Shown piece after piece: positions 26,201 through 43,811 of a DNA stretch of 64,000 nt (position 1 is its first letter; every line of letters starts with the position of its first letter). Under the pieces are notes generated by a model. That model searched no databases. It saw only the letters and a program-made list of their open reading frames with translations, and was not told the origin of the DNA. This DNA is from Entomortierella parvispora E1425 (lineage: Eukaryota; Fungi; Mortierellomycota): assembly GCA_020891255.1 (NCBI GenBank), contig BQFW01000009.1, positions 1,798,001 to 1,862,000 on the forward strand, read 5' to 3'. Made by a program: the position numbers and the translations under genes.

Positions 26201-28516
26201 CTCAGATTGCAGCGATAGGACAAAAACCAAGAAACCCACAAGTCTGAACGCCACATACTCATGCCATATTGGTGGGTGAGCTTCTCGATCAATTTGACGA
26301 TCGTCCCTGCTACAATTGGTTTCAGACCAGCACTCCCGGTGCTGCCTTCGGAGGCCGTTTCTGGTTGTTGAGCGTATACAATTGTGCTGCAACCTTCGGC
26401 CGCTTCTGTGATATCGAAGACTCGCGCATCAATTTCCAAAAAGGGTGGAGGTACTGGGGGTGGTACAAGAGTCGTTGGTGTGGGCTCCGGACTCTGGACA
26501 TTGTCCAAGGGGTCAAATTGCTTTCCCAATTTTTTGACGGAGGTTGTCTCCATTCGAGGAACTGTTGCAGTATCCTCTGTGTAAACTGGTATTGATTCCA
26601 GGGGATGGAGCGAAAACTGCTGAGAGGCGGACATATATCCTGAATCCTTGCCGAAACTGCGTGGGAGGCCAAACATGTTGTTGCTATTGTGGCCGCTGTA
26701 GAGGTCGCTGAACTCTCCGCTCAGCGGACTGAAAGGAACGGCAGGTAATGGGCCAGTGGGAGGTGGCAAAAATCCATTTGGAATTCGTCCCGCACTCTTT
26801 CGGCGTGGTGTAATATGGGGAGTAAATTCCTTGTCCCTCTCAATAAAGGCGTGAACAGTCTGTCTGCGCTGATTTCCGGTCCAGCCTTTGGGGAGTTCTT
26901 CTGGTTGTGGTAGAGACATATCGGGGCGGTCAAGTGGTCTGGTTGGTGAGAAGGATATGGGGTAGCGGTTGTGTGATGCCCTCCTTGGTCCAGTGGGTTG
27001 TCCACTGTATACGCGGGTGGCTTCCACATCCGCATCCAAGGCGAGCTCTTCTCCACTAAACAGCGTCGTTCCCTGTGATTGCATACTTTGGCCTCCAAGA
27101 GATGAGACGCCAGAGTTCCGGGAGCTGGCCGTGTCGCCGAACAGACTAGATGGTGAAATCTCCGCATTGCCAGAGCTCCTGTAAAAAAAATTTCAGGCGT
27201 CAGAACGGGCATTATCATTATAAAGCTCGAGTACATAGTCAGGGGTCACGCTCGCTTACCCCGAGGTTTGCGAATTCGACCAGCTTGATATTGCTCCAAA
27301 GGGTGAAAAATCATCCGTGTCAGAGTCGTCGCCGCTTTCATAACTTGGGATACGGCGGCTGTGGTCCACTTGTGAATCTAAAGATGGATCGCTTGTATTG
27401 TGATCCCTTGCTCTCGACCAGGCTTCCTCTGCAGAAACGGTCACCCAGCCAAAAATGGTTGATAGAGTGTTGAACTCCTTGGTGTTGGGTGCCACGTAAG
27501 AGTTGTGCCTTCTCCGTCCTGCATGTATGTTTTTTGAACGCGGTGTTGGTGTTGTGATTGCTGAGAGTACATCCGAGCCAATCGTCCTCCGAGGTGTCCG
27601 TGATCCTGACATGTGGCTCCTGCTCTCAGCAACCCAATTTGAAGAGTGCTGCCGAGGAGAACCAACAGGAGTTTGGTTGGGGGAAAGGGGGACGCAGACC
27701 GAGAGCGATCGCATGCGATCCAGTCTAGAACAGGGCATGGTTGTTGTCAGAGCTTACGAAAGATAGCTTTGATAGCAACAGTTTGCGCACTGACTCTTAC
27801 GACTCTTACCTTGCTCCATGAATGTCAGTCATCGAGAGGCTAAAATCATTGCGGCGACCATTTTCCTCGTCAGTGTCCACCTCCGTCTCAGAGTTGAAGT
27901 CTTGGTCAGTTGAGTAGATATTTCCGGGAAGAGGCCTGGGGCTATAGCTATGATGGTCATGGTGCTCTTCCAGCGTCTCCAAAATATTATAGCTGAGGCT
28001 TGGATGTCGATCTGAGGACCTTTGCGACTGCTCTTGTGATACCAGGTGTTGACCCCATGAGCTCCGTTTAAAGGGATGCAGAGGTGAGTTGTCCTTGCTA
28101 ACATGGCCGTTGTCGAGCCCAGGCGACACATGTGTGTATCGCGGGTGCCAGTGAAGATGATGGCTCAGTGGCTCTCTGTGAAAAACCGTCGCGTCCTCTC
28201 TGCCCGACCTGCGGGTATCGCCCAGGGGACTTTCGGTGAAGTGATCGTACCCGCTGCCTTCGTTCTGCGCAAGAGTGATGCCGGCACGAGTGAACGCGTC
28301 CCAGTCCTGGTCGGCGATGGGCCTGCCATCCTGCCTCAGCTGCTGGTCGCTGGCCATCCTTCGACGCGGTGGGGGGCACGTGACGTGCCCTATGGACATG
28401 CGCAACGTTGTGGTCCTGTCAGATGCCATGAATGCAATCGAGGGAGCAGATGTGTGCAGTGGGGACAATGGTGGATGTGGTCGACTGAGGAGGCAAGTGT
28501 GTCCTGAGGAGCACAT
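23204..28516 (-). CDS. LTE1: Ras-family GEF (REM + CDC25 domains), LTE1-like; start codon uncertain (28516 or 28429)
   Basis: REM: IVAGTIVKLIEKLTHQYG and RTFVVFRHWINNHFEDDF, an Lte1-type motif. CDC25: PFILFYRSQTIAQQLCLLEQ, VASEVVSTQ...RVRVIEKFIRIA, CIPFLGLFVFDL. Long Ser/Pro-rich linkers; intron 27809-27726 keeps the frame. Confidence 0.8.
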
Positions 28517-30132
28517 GCGATGCTGCCTGGGAGAAGAAAAAAGAGGCGGATGTCGAGAAGGAGAGAAGGAGTTGCGAGCAAAGCGAGGCAATAAAAAAAA
28601 ATAAAAAAAAAAATAAAAAAAAAAAAATGCAGAAAGAAAGAACAAGTGCAACAGTGAGAACGACAGAGAGACGAACAGCGAGGCGAGAGCACGGTCCAAT
28701 AACGGGAGGAAAATGAAAAAGAAAGGGGGGATGGACTAAGGACGAGGAGAAGAGAGGGAGGAGAGCAACAGGACAAGAGGGACACCATGCGGAGGAACTC
28801 CCACATCAGCACAGCCAGCAAAAAGACCATCCAAACCGCCTCCCATTCGTCCTTGACGACGGTCCCTGTTCCCGGTCGGGAGATGACGCCGATTACGCAC
28901 TGAGGACGGACAGTGATGTTGGGGACAGAGGAAGAGGTCTCGAGTCTCCCAAGCGCGCAATCCTGCCCAAATGCTGCACAATCCAGCCCCCCGTTTCAAA
29001 AGATTGCCGACTTGTCTGAACACAAGTCCATGAACGGTTGGTGCTGCACGGATCGATGCTGATGCGTTTGGTGTCGGTGCAACGACTCCCTAACTCTCTT
29101 TTTTTTTTCTTTTTCTTTATCCTATCCCCCTTTGGACCCTTACGTTCGCTTGTTGGTTGGTTCCTCATGTCTTCTCCCAGTTCATGTCCTGACAATGGGA
29201 GGTGCAAGAAGCAGGCACAGAAGAAAGGGGAATCTCCAGGGGAGACGAGGGAGGAGGAGGAAGGAGAGGAGGTTTTTTGCCCTTGCATTCAATTCACTGG
29301 AGTTTTGATCTCAATTCTCGGATCAAAGACTGACAGGGTCCTGAACGCGATGCTCCCGAACGACTAGCTCAGGACAACATCTCTTCCCGCGCCTTCAATT
29401 TGACTGATCTTTGTTTCCGCTGCATGCAAACAAAAGAGGCCAACAAGATGCGCGGGCATGTCGGCGTGTGCTTGAGTGAACACAGTTGGTGATTTCGTGC
29501 AGCTCCCGCCCTCTTGACTCAATTGCTTGTACCTTCCCGCTCTCTCGACATCTTGTTTGCCCTCTTGCATTGTGCGCGCGCGCAAGCATGGTCCCACGCC
29601 CTGTGCATCCTGTCGTCCATCAATCCAGTGCCGCTTGTTTTAAAGTTCTTGAGCAATTGTGTCTGTTTCCTGTGTTCTGTTCTTGTGTCCAGAGATCCTC
29701 GTCACCGCTGCTGCAAGAGAGAGCCATTGTGGTCCAGTTCGTGTTCAAGATTGTGATGTGGTTTGGTACTCGTGGGAGGAGCACGAGTTGGGACGAACCC
29801 ACGCCACCAATCTAGAGATACCTAGTAGATAGATAACCGCGGTGGACAGAACGACTGGGCTAGGGCTTTGTTGACGTTGACCCCAACGCTATTGCGTTAC
29901 ACGTAACGTTATTTGTGGATTATTGAGTCTAGAGAGCTGCCAGTGGTCTGACGAGCAAAATAGGGAATCCGCTGCGGCTTCGATGCGTTGGAGCACTGTG
30001 GACGAATGGAGCAAAAGGCAGCTGAATGGACCCAACAAAGGCGTCCATATTCGACAACCGCCACTGACAACTAGCGTCAAAACAACACGTATGCGGTGTA
30101 CAAGTAGATGGATGATGGATAGTTTGGAATCG

Positions 30133-30140
30133 TATAAATA
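30133..30140 (+). promoter_or_regulatory. TATA box of GST copy 1
   Basis: TATAAATA about 90 nt upstream of ATG 30231; GST copy 2 has TATAAAT at 31612-31618 at a similar distance from its ATG. Confidence 0.55.
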
Positions 30141-30230
30141 TCACCATGTCCCCCCACACTTTCTTGCACAATCGTACCTCAGTCAAGCATTCAACTCAGC
30201 CCATCTCTTAGCTGCTGCCACTCTAACATC

Positions 30231-31324
30231 ATGTCCACCCCTTGCCTTCGCTCTTTTGTCTCTGACCTTTCCACAGCGGAGCAGTCCGCTGTTCTCGCGA
30301 ACCCTGACTCAACCTTCCGTCTCGCTTACTTTAAGGCCTTCAGTGCAGGAGCCACAGCCCGAGATCTTCTCGCCTATGGCAAAGCAACTTGGAAGAACCA
30401 GTTTCCTACGGTAAGTCTTTGTACAAATCGCGTGTGAACTTGAGGTCCTCCTGTCTGCCAAAATGATCTCTTTTCTTACCCATCTTACTTTCTAGGATAT
30501 AGAATGGAGTAACGGAAGTGGCACAGTCCCCACCCCCTTCCGAGTGATGCCTTTGTTGAACATTATCTCCCCAGATGGAAAGGTACGAGATGCTCTAACA
30601 ATAATCAATGCACTTTTTTTTTCACGGGAGATACCTTATACCCAAAGTCAAGTTACCAACGCCTCTCCCCTCCAACTTTATCCACTGTACCTTTGTGTGT
30701 AATAGGAGGTATTCATTACGGAGACGATCGTTATTGATCACTTCCTGGCTAAGAGGTACAATCTCTTGGGCGACAACGAGTATGAGGAGATGACCATCAA
30801 GGGCATCTACAACAACATTCATTACCTGCGAGAGCGATCCTTCATCGCCATGACATGGACCTATGAGGACAAAAGAAAGGAGGCCCTTGGCAGATTCATG
30901 ACTCGGGCATTCCCTCGTTTCATCGAGGATCAGGAATTCCATTTGAACGCCAACGGCAACAATGGACACTATATTGGAAACAAGGTAGGCAATTGCAACC
31001 CTTCGTGTTCAGATGTTGATGAGTAGGGAGGAGGACAGGCAACCCCACTCACACGTATCCTTTTACGATTACGATGCGTTCTAGTTGTCTCTCGCCGACA
31101 TTCACTTGGCCAACGTCATTGATCACTTTGCCACGTTACCTTCGGGGAAGGAGATCTTGGCCTTGTTCCAAAAGTCGGAACTCTGGAAGGTCAAGGAGAA
31201 TGTGGAGAAGAACCCTGATATTGCTGTCTGGAGGGCGTCGGAGGAATTCAAGCAGTGCTTTGATGGCTCCGTCAAAATCTACTCTATCACTGCTGTTCCC
31301 AAGGACGGAGCAGTCGAAGCTTGA
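30231..31324 (+). CDS. Glutathione S-transferase, sigma-class-like, tandem copy 1 (3 introns)
   Basis: FRLAYF (N-terminal Tyr), TPFRVMPLL (cis-Pro loop), ITETIVIDHFLAKRYNLLG, and N-cap motif HYIGNK|LSLADIHLAN. Confidence 0.85.
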
Positions 31325-31716
31325 ACATGAAAGCGCGCAGCACGTTTGGTCCAATAAAAAGATGGCGTGGGATGACGATGATTTTTTTTTTTTCAATTTT
31401 TTTCCCACCACTTTGTTCAGACTCAGAAAGGAAGTGGTGGTGGCATGCTCCGTCAAACGAAAAGATGCTCTTGACCCTTGAGTCCATCCTCACCTTTGCT
31501 GACTCTAGCTCATCCTCTTTGGCCATGTCTGGGCTTTTGTAGTTCAACATACGCGCAGTCCCAGCCATCATTATTGTCTCTTGTTGGCCTGGTTGGCCTG
31601 GAGAGGACAGTTATAAATTGAGCGGCCCCGATGTGCAGGGTTTTCCTTTGTTCTTTTCACTTTATTTCTACAGCACCTGCCTTTCTCTACTACAACAACC
31701 ACCGCATCCTATCACC

Positions 31717-32799
31717 ATGACTCCTACCCCCATTGTCGATGCCAGCCACTATGTCCGCGACGCTCCAACGGCCGAGCTCTCCAAGTCTGTTGGACAACCA
31801 TATTCGTTCAAGTTCCTTTACTTCCCCATCCACGCCGCCGGTTCATGTAGTCGCGAACTACTTGGTTACGGAAAGGACAAGTTCGCGTTTGAAATTCTTT
31901 CACCTGCTGTAGGCCATCGTACTCTGTCTCTCTATATCCCTCTCTCCTTGCACCGTGGAAGTAGCTAACTCAATTGGTCAATTTCTTGCGAATGCGATAT
32001 TAGAACTGGGGAGAAGAAAAGCCCAAAACACCTTTCCACTGCATGCCAGTTCTCTATATCAAAACGAAAGATGGCAAGGTAAGGAGAAAAAAAAAGAAAA
32101 AAAGCTGTTGACTGAAACTGAAAATCAGGCATAGTCCAGAATTGCCCACTCATACATTCCTTCCTCCTTCTTGTCCACATCATAAATCCAGGATCTTGTT
32201 CTCTCAGAGGCTTCGGTCATTGAGCACTACTTGGCCAAGCACATGAACCTTTTAGGCGACAACGAGTATGAAGAACTCCTCATCAAATCGTTTCACTCGT
32301 CCTCGACCATGTTCCAGGGTGGCTTTGCCAGCAACGTGACATGGTGCCCTCCCGAGGTACAGCCCCAGACGCTTGCCTACTTCAAGGCCAACACCTTCCC
32401 TACCTGGATTAAGACCCACACCAAGCACCTCCTTGACAATGGTGATAATGGTCATTACATTGGCAACAAGGTAAGTTACGAAAGAAGAAAAGTGGTTACA
32501 ACAAACGCCTGCGGTCTTCGAGAAAGAAGGCACTCATCAGTCGATCAATCAATTGACAGCTGTCCTTGGCCGATATCCGAACGGCCAACGCGATCGAGCA
32601 TCTTTCTGTTCAGCCCTGTGCCGACGAATTGATGGATATCATCAAGAAGGCACCTTCGTTGATGAAGGTCCGAGAGACAGTGGCGAATGACCCCAAGATT
32701 GCGGCTTGGCGAGCCTCTAAGGAATACCAGACTTTGACCTCCAACTCCAAGGCCTTCTTTTTGAACCCCATGAAGTTCATGGGTCCCCCAAAGATCTAA
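31717..32799 (+). CDS. Glutathione S-transferase, sigma-class-like, tandem copy 2 (3 introns)
   Basis: FKFLYFP, TPFHCMPVL, LSEASVIEHYLAKHMNLLGDNEYEE, HYIGNK|LSLADIRTAN. Intron positions are equivalent to copy 1. Confidence 0.85.
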
Positions 32800-33299
32800 A
32801 TATCCCAACATCTCTTTTACACCTGAGCTGAAAAAGCAAACTGAGCTGCCATATGGATAAAAAAAAAGAGAGCCAACACGAATAACCTGATAAAAAGCAA
32901 ATGCGTTTGTTTGCACCCTTGTCTATTTTCGGTTTGTGCAAAGTCATTGCCTGGAGGACCATGGTGGCTGTTTGATGTTGTTATCGGGGGGTGGTGGACG
33001 TCGTACGTAAACAAGGTTGCTCTCGACAACAGGAAGCGACGCGACGCGTGGTCTTGCACAGAACAAAGATCAGAGTGCCAAACAGAGGGATGGGTGGACA
33101 GAGCAAGGCAGGACCGAAGGAAGCAACAGACAGACAGGGAGACAAGACAGACAGAGAGACACAAGAGAAGAGAACAAATGGCCACGCCACACAAACAACA
33201 GAACAAGAACAGGCATGGCCAGTCCAGCCCAGGCACGGCACGGGCACGCCCCGTCCGTCTCCGTGCGCGTGCACCCCCTTTATTTTTGGTGCATTGAGA

Positions 33300-33366
33300 T
33301 TCTGTCTGTCTGTCCGTCTGTCTGTCCGTCTGTCTGTCCCTCTGTCTGTCTGTCTGTCCGTCCGTC
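33300..33366. repeat. Compound (TCTG/TCCG)n microsatellite upstream of the kinase
   Basis: Imperfect tetranucleotide run; a complementary (GACA)n tract lies at about 33126-33160. Confidence 0.85.
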
Positions 33367-33757
33367 GCATTTCAGTCAGTCACCTCTCTCCATTCCACCC
33401 CATGTGCGCATGCACTCCTCCTTCCCTCTTCGTCATCAACTCATTCTCAAGCCAGAGCTCATTCACATTCCATTCACCGCGCTCCCATCGACTAGGAAAA
33501 AACAAAAAACGTGCGTAGGCTCACCCACGGTCACAGACCCCACTCTCCACTTGAGCGCTCCACTTTGCCGGCCAACAACGACTCCTATCCCACAAAGCAG
33601 CCTTCCGCGCAAGAAGCTTTCCGACAGAGCCTCGCCAAGAAAAGGGAGACAACCACCACGCGGGAACAATCCAAAAGCAAGGACGTAATCGACGCACGCG
33701 CAACAACAAAAAAAAGGACTGATCGTCGCTGGGTCGTGATAGATAACGTCCAGGATC

Positions 33758-38834
<5,077 letters not shown>

Positions 38835-39629
38835 TCTTTCTCTTTTTTATGATCCAAATAATACCCTTCTTTACTTCTCTTCTTGGGCGCTGCAATAAAG
38901 CTATAGTGGGCGTACTGACTAGAGAGACCAATTGCTCGTGGAGGGGCAGCTTCGATGTAAGTCCACTTTCGCGCATTGATCTTCCAACCTCTTCGCAACT
39001 TGCGCTTGATTCACCTTGGGGCACAGCCATCAGATGAATCGCGCATTCCGCATTCCATTGAGCAATGGGCAGGAGTCCGAGTGCGGTGCGCATGAGCTTT
39101 GCATGTGAATGTGAGAAACAGAATGTCCACCCTTGGCTTCGAGGTAAGGTTGGTTGAGCTTAAGAGAGATGGAGAGATAACCTTGTTTCCATGGGGTGCC
39201 ACGAAGATGACGCGCTCGTCTTTCTTTGGGAGCTTTCGCCTTGCGAGAGTCGAGATTGATTGGGCACCACTGCTTCTGCCCGATCCTCGGTTATCGTCCT
39301 GCATTGCGTACCACAGCAGCGGATTCCCTCAATTAGGATCTGAACCCTCCCGCGACCGCGACCTCGTACCCCGATCCGAGACATGATGCGGCGGGCTTTG
39401 GAGATTGAGGTTTGACTTGGGCAAAGCCCAAAAGAAAGCGCCCCGACGAAGAACGGTCGGGCCCAAAGGCATCTTCGCGATAGCGATAAAAAAGACGGGA
39501 GCAAGCAAAAGGAACTGCGAGGGAAGGAAGGTCGAGAACCAACCTGCATGCAGCGGTCCGAGCTAGCGGCCTGCTGCAACCAAGACAGCACGCACAGATG
39601 CATGGTCTCAAACATTTTTTTTCCTTTCA

Positions 39630-39637
39630 TATAAAAA
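39630..39637 (+). promoter_or_regulatory. TATA box of LDH
   Basis: TATAAAAA about 170 nt upstream of ATG 39803. Confidence 0.5.
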
Positions 39638-39802
39638 GAGGCCCATGGATCGATCAGTTTTCGCTTCTCACGCTCATTCATTCCCACATCAACAACAACT
39701 CTTTCCTCCCAACCTGCAACTACCTTTACTTGCACTTGCACTTGCACTCTCATAACCACACACAACCACCCTCACAACTCCACCCAACCCACACACATCA
39801 CC

Positions 39803-40840
39803 ATGGCATCTCCAAAGAAAGGTATCGATCGATCTCCCCCCCCCCCTACCTCCCTTGATCAGCAGTAATCGTTCCCTCGCTCAAAGTTGACCTGCCGACT
39901 AACAAACAATGTCGCATTCCCTATGCCTCCTTCAGGTTCACAACTGGCCATCATTGGTGCAGGATCTGTCGGATCCGCCATTGCCTTCGCCTGCCTGATG
40001 CGCTCCGTCGTCTCTGAACTTCTTATCAACGACTTTAACGAAAAGATCTGCGAAGGTCAAGTCTTGGATCTCCAGGATGCTGCATTTGTCTCGGCCACCA
40101 AGGTCAAGGTCGCCACCCTGCGCCAGTGTGGTGAAGCTGATATCATCGTCATCACAGCAGGAGCACGTCAACGACCTGGCGAGACTCGCGACGCACTTGT
40201 TCTCAGAAACGAAGAAATCCTCAAAGGCGTCTTGGAGGGCATGCAACCTATCAAGAAGACGGCCATCCTCGTCCTGGTCGCCAACCCTGTCAATATCTTG
40301 ACCTGCATGGCCCAGAAGATGTCTGGTCTTCCCACCCATCAGGTCATTGGTACAGGAACCCTTCTGGACTCTGTGCGTTTGCGCGTGGCGTTGAAGCAAC
40401 ACCTTCATGTTTCGGAGCGATCCATCCACGCGTACATTGTCGGCGACCACGGCGATAAGCAAGTTGCCGTCTGGTCATCAGCTCATGTCGGTGGCAAGCC
40501 CCTGTTGGCTTTTGAGAAACTGCAGGGCATTGATCTAGATGAGGAGGCCAAGAAGGTCGCCAACAAAGCTTATAGTATCATTGACCTCAAGGGCGCCACT
40601 TCTTTTGGTATTGCTGCCGTTGTCTCAGAAATCGCCCTCAGTATCACCTTGAACCGATTGACGATCAGCCCTCTGTCGACTTATTCCGAGCGATTTGATG
40701 CCTGTTTGTCCTTCCCAGTCTCCCTGGGCACAAACGGTGTGGACACTATCGTGTACCCAGATATGGACGAGAAGGAGCTTGCTCTTGTCGAGGCCAGTGC
40801 CAAGACGACACGAGAGGCATGCGCAAAGTACACCAAGTAA
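39803..40840 (+). CDS. LDH: NAD-dependent L-lactate dehydrogenase (one intron, 39822-39935)
   Basis: MASPKKG|SQLAIIGAGSVG, EGQVLDLQDA, substrate loop TAGARQRPGETR (Gln as in LDH, not Arg as in MDH), NPV, GTLLDSVR, catalytic GDHGD, KGATSFGI. Confidence 0.93.
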
Positions 40841-41192
40841 CATGGACCATCCTCAGTTACCAGCATTCAAACAGAAATAAAACCATAATGCGTTGCATCA
40901 ATACGGGATATCCAGGAATTACTTGCGATGGTCTCGCGTTTGTGCAACATCATAGATCATATCACTTTCTTCCAACTGTGAGACCTTCAACGGAACGTGG
41001 GAGAGCGATTTGGACGTCGAGCGTGCGCGTTACGGGCCCGGTGGTGTCCAGCGGGGAGCCTCAGCCCGGTATTGAACTCTGTCATGAATTGAATTCAAAT
41101 CCATGAAGAGGTAACCAATGGCTAGCCCTCGTCGCTGTACAAACTTGAAGGAGATATGTCGATTTCAAGATTCCATGGTTCTTAAGACCTGT

Positions 41193-43370
41193 TTATTTCT
41201 TGGAGTTGCTACTTTGATTGGACGATCCTGTTGTCGTGGAAGCAGTTCCAGTGGCACTAGAATGGGTAGCCTGGGAAGTCTTGAAACAAATAATATTGTT
41301 TTCTGATGTAATAATGTCATCTTCTCCAATCTACAAATCCAAAAAATACATATTAGACAAACATCCAGCACTCTTTGATCGATGCTATGTAAAAGCAGGC
41401 TAGCCTTTTTACCTTCCGGTTGCCAATTGTTTCTGCTCCAAGGTAGTGCTTTGCGATTTCTGGGTGAACAATATCGGCAAACTCCAGGACCGTTGTGCCT
41501 GGCCAGATCATGACACAGTCCCTGAAGACTCCTTTTCCGTTGGCGTTCGCAAAAGTTGAAAGACTCTTAACTGGGAAAGCTGGGACCAGCCCAAGAACCT
41601 CCACTGCCTTGAGAATTACATCCTGAACGCCTGTGGAGCCATAGCGGTAGAGAACCAAATCCTGTACCTTCTCGATGCGACTAATGTTCGATGGCAAAGG
41701 ATATCTAGTGTTAGTTCTGTCTGCATCATGTAGTCCTAGGCACTTGCCAGAGTAGAGGTGAATGGTATTGATTCTGCTTACCCCTGGAGTTTGTCATCCA
41801 ACGACTTCAAATCCGAGTCCGGCTAAAGGGTGAACGTCATCAGCATGAAGAAATAGTACCGTTAGTTATCAGCCTTAGAATTGCCGCGCAGCGTCATGTC
41901 ATGAACGAAATACATACAAGGTCCTCCTTTGTCTGCACGTTGTCTGTTCCCTCCTCATAATTAATGAATTTTTGCTTCGCCAGCTTTCTCAAAAATGTCT
42001 CCGCGAGTGCACTCGAGAGTACAATCTTGTTCTACATCATATCACAGAAGAAGTGGAAGTACAGGCACAAGAGTTAGTTTTGGATTGCCACGATCCACCG
42101 CCACCGCCACAAAAAAAAAAAAAAAAAGACTTTACCTGATCATATTTCCTCATGATTTTGGAAATGTTTTTGTCCGAGTCGGGGAGATCAATCTTGTTGA
42201 GGGCCTGAGATGAATCATAAAAGTTCAATTAGTTGTCCAACTTGGTCTCGTGTGCGCTAACTTGGATCAAATTCGCATGGTGCCTACAATAATAGTGGGG
42301 AACCGCTCATCTAAGAATGCGTCAACGACTTTTTTAATTGTCTCCTTCTCCCATGTATCCATAGCATCCTTGACGCCACTCCTGTCCAAAGTTCGTTGAA
42401 CAATCACTAACGTTGCTCCATATCCAGAAAGTTGAGTATGAAGTGTTTCCGCAGTGGATGCCTCTATTTTGTTTCAGACAATGTAGAGTCGACATTGTAC
42501 ACAATACGGTTAAAGCAGATTCTTCAGTCTTTTGTCATACTGTAATTTGAGCACGATGGAGGCCAGCGATGTCCCACTTACTGATTGCGAGATGACGACG
42601 AACAATCTGGCCCCATTTCTTGTTCAGATTTCCATAGATCCAAGAGTGAATCTCTCCCCTGAGCCACTCAATGTCGCCAATAGGGTCATATCCAATCGTC
42701 TCCTTTCCGTTAGCATCAGTGGTGCCGCTGACATCAACAACATGGATCAGTGCATTGGCATGTCGAAGGTCGTCCAGAAACTGATTTCCAAGTCCTTGGC
42801 CCTCAGAAGCTCCAGGAACCAACCCAGCGACATCCAAGATTTGGATAGGTACAAATCGCTTTCCGTCTATGCAGCGACCTGTTTGCCACAACAAGTTCAA
42901 AGTTAGTCTTGAGAAATGGGCTGAGATCGGACGAACTTCTTTGAGCTTCATATTGAAATGAACGTCTTACCATATCTTGGCGCACAAAGGTGCGACTTTC
43001 CGAAGCGTTTGCAGGGACACTCGATCGGAAAGTAAGCTACAAGGTATATTAACATCCCGTTAGCAGCCGTGACAGAGTAATCCAAGAGCTATTTTTGATA
43101 ACCTGCCGATTCATGTAGAATCTCTGTCAACTTTGGAACAACATACCGATGCCGTTGTTGGGCTTAATAGTGGTGAAAGGGTAGTTTCCAACCTTGGCAG
43201 TTGCATCCGTGACTAGAAAATAGAGTGAATACGCTTGGTCGTTAGATTATTTCTGGACATGGGGAAGATGTCCTGTCAACCTACTACTCCAGCAACCACG
43301 TACCTGCGTTCAAGAAGGAGGACTTTCCTGCGGAAGGCTTTCCGACGCATGCAATGATGACATCCTTCAT
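41193..43370 (-). CDS. Obg-family GTPase, Ygr210c subfamily, multi-intron
   Basis: [22 protein letters not shown] (G1), [14 protein letters not shown] (G2), CPCKRF...[33 protein letters not shown] (G3), ALNKID (G4), TGS-like C-terminus. Stop at 41193-41195. Confidence 0.9.
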
Positions 43371-43811
43371 GGCGATGAGAGAGACGAGGGGAAATGGGCG
43401 ATTCTGAGAGTTTGTCCTGTAGCGGCTAGGCGAGTCCTAGTCCTGGTTCCTGGGTTTGTCTGCTCGTCTGTCCGTCGAGTTGCAATGGAGAGAGAGCGAT
43501 GGCATGATGCACCGAGGAAAAAAAAAAAAAAAAAAAAAAAAAAACGGGTGGCTTTGCTCCATTCTGGCTCCATTCTGGCACAATTAATGCATGCATGCTT
43601 CCACATTGGCACGTTATTCCTCTGTGTATCTTCCTTCGTTCTGTTCCTTGCTCGTTCGTCTCTCTCTCCGACCACACCGTCACTATTACACGCGCCCTGT
43701 CTGAAAAACGGAAGCAGGAAACAGGAATCTAACAGAACAAGGAGAATCACCTTCAGGATTCAATCAATCACCTCTCCAACTCACGCGTAAAAGGGCAAGC
43801 AGGTCGCGTCC

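Noticed and set aside
1-32799. GST plus GS-X pump detoxification cluster
   Set aside because: The ABCC pair and GST pair are more than 21 kb apart with unrelated genes between them; there is no evidence of co-regulation.
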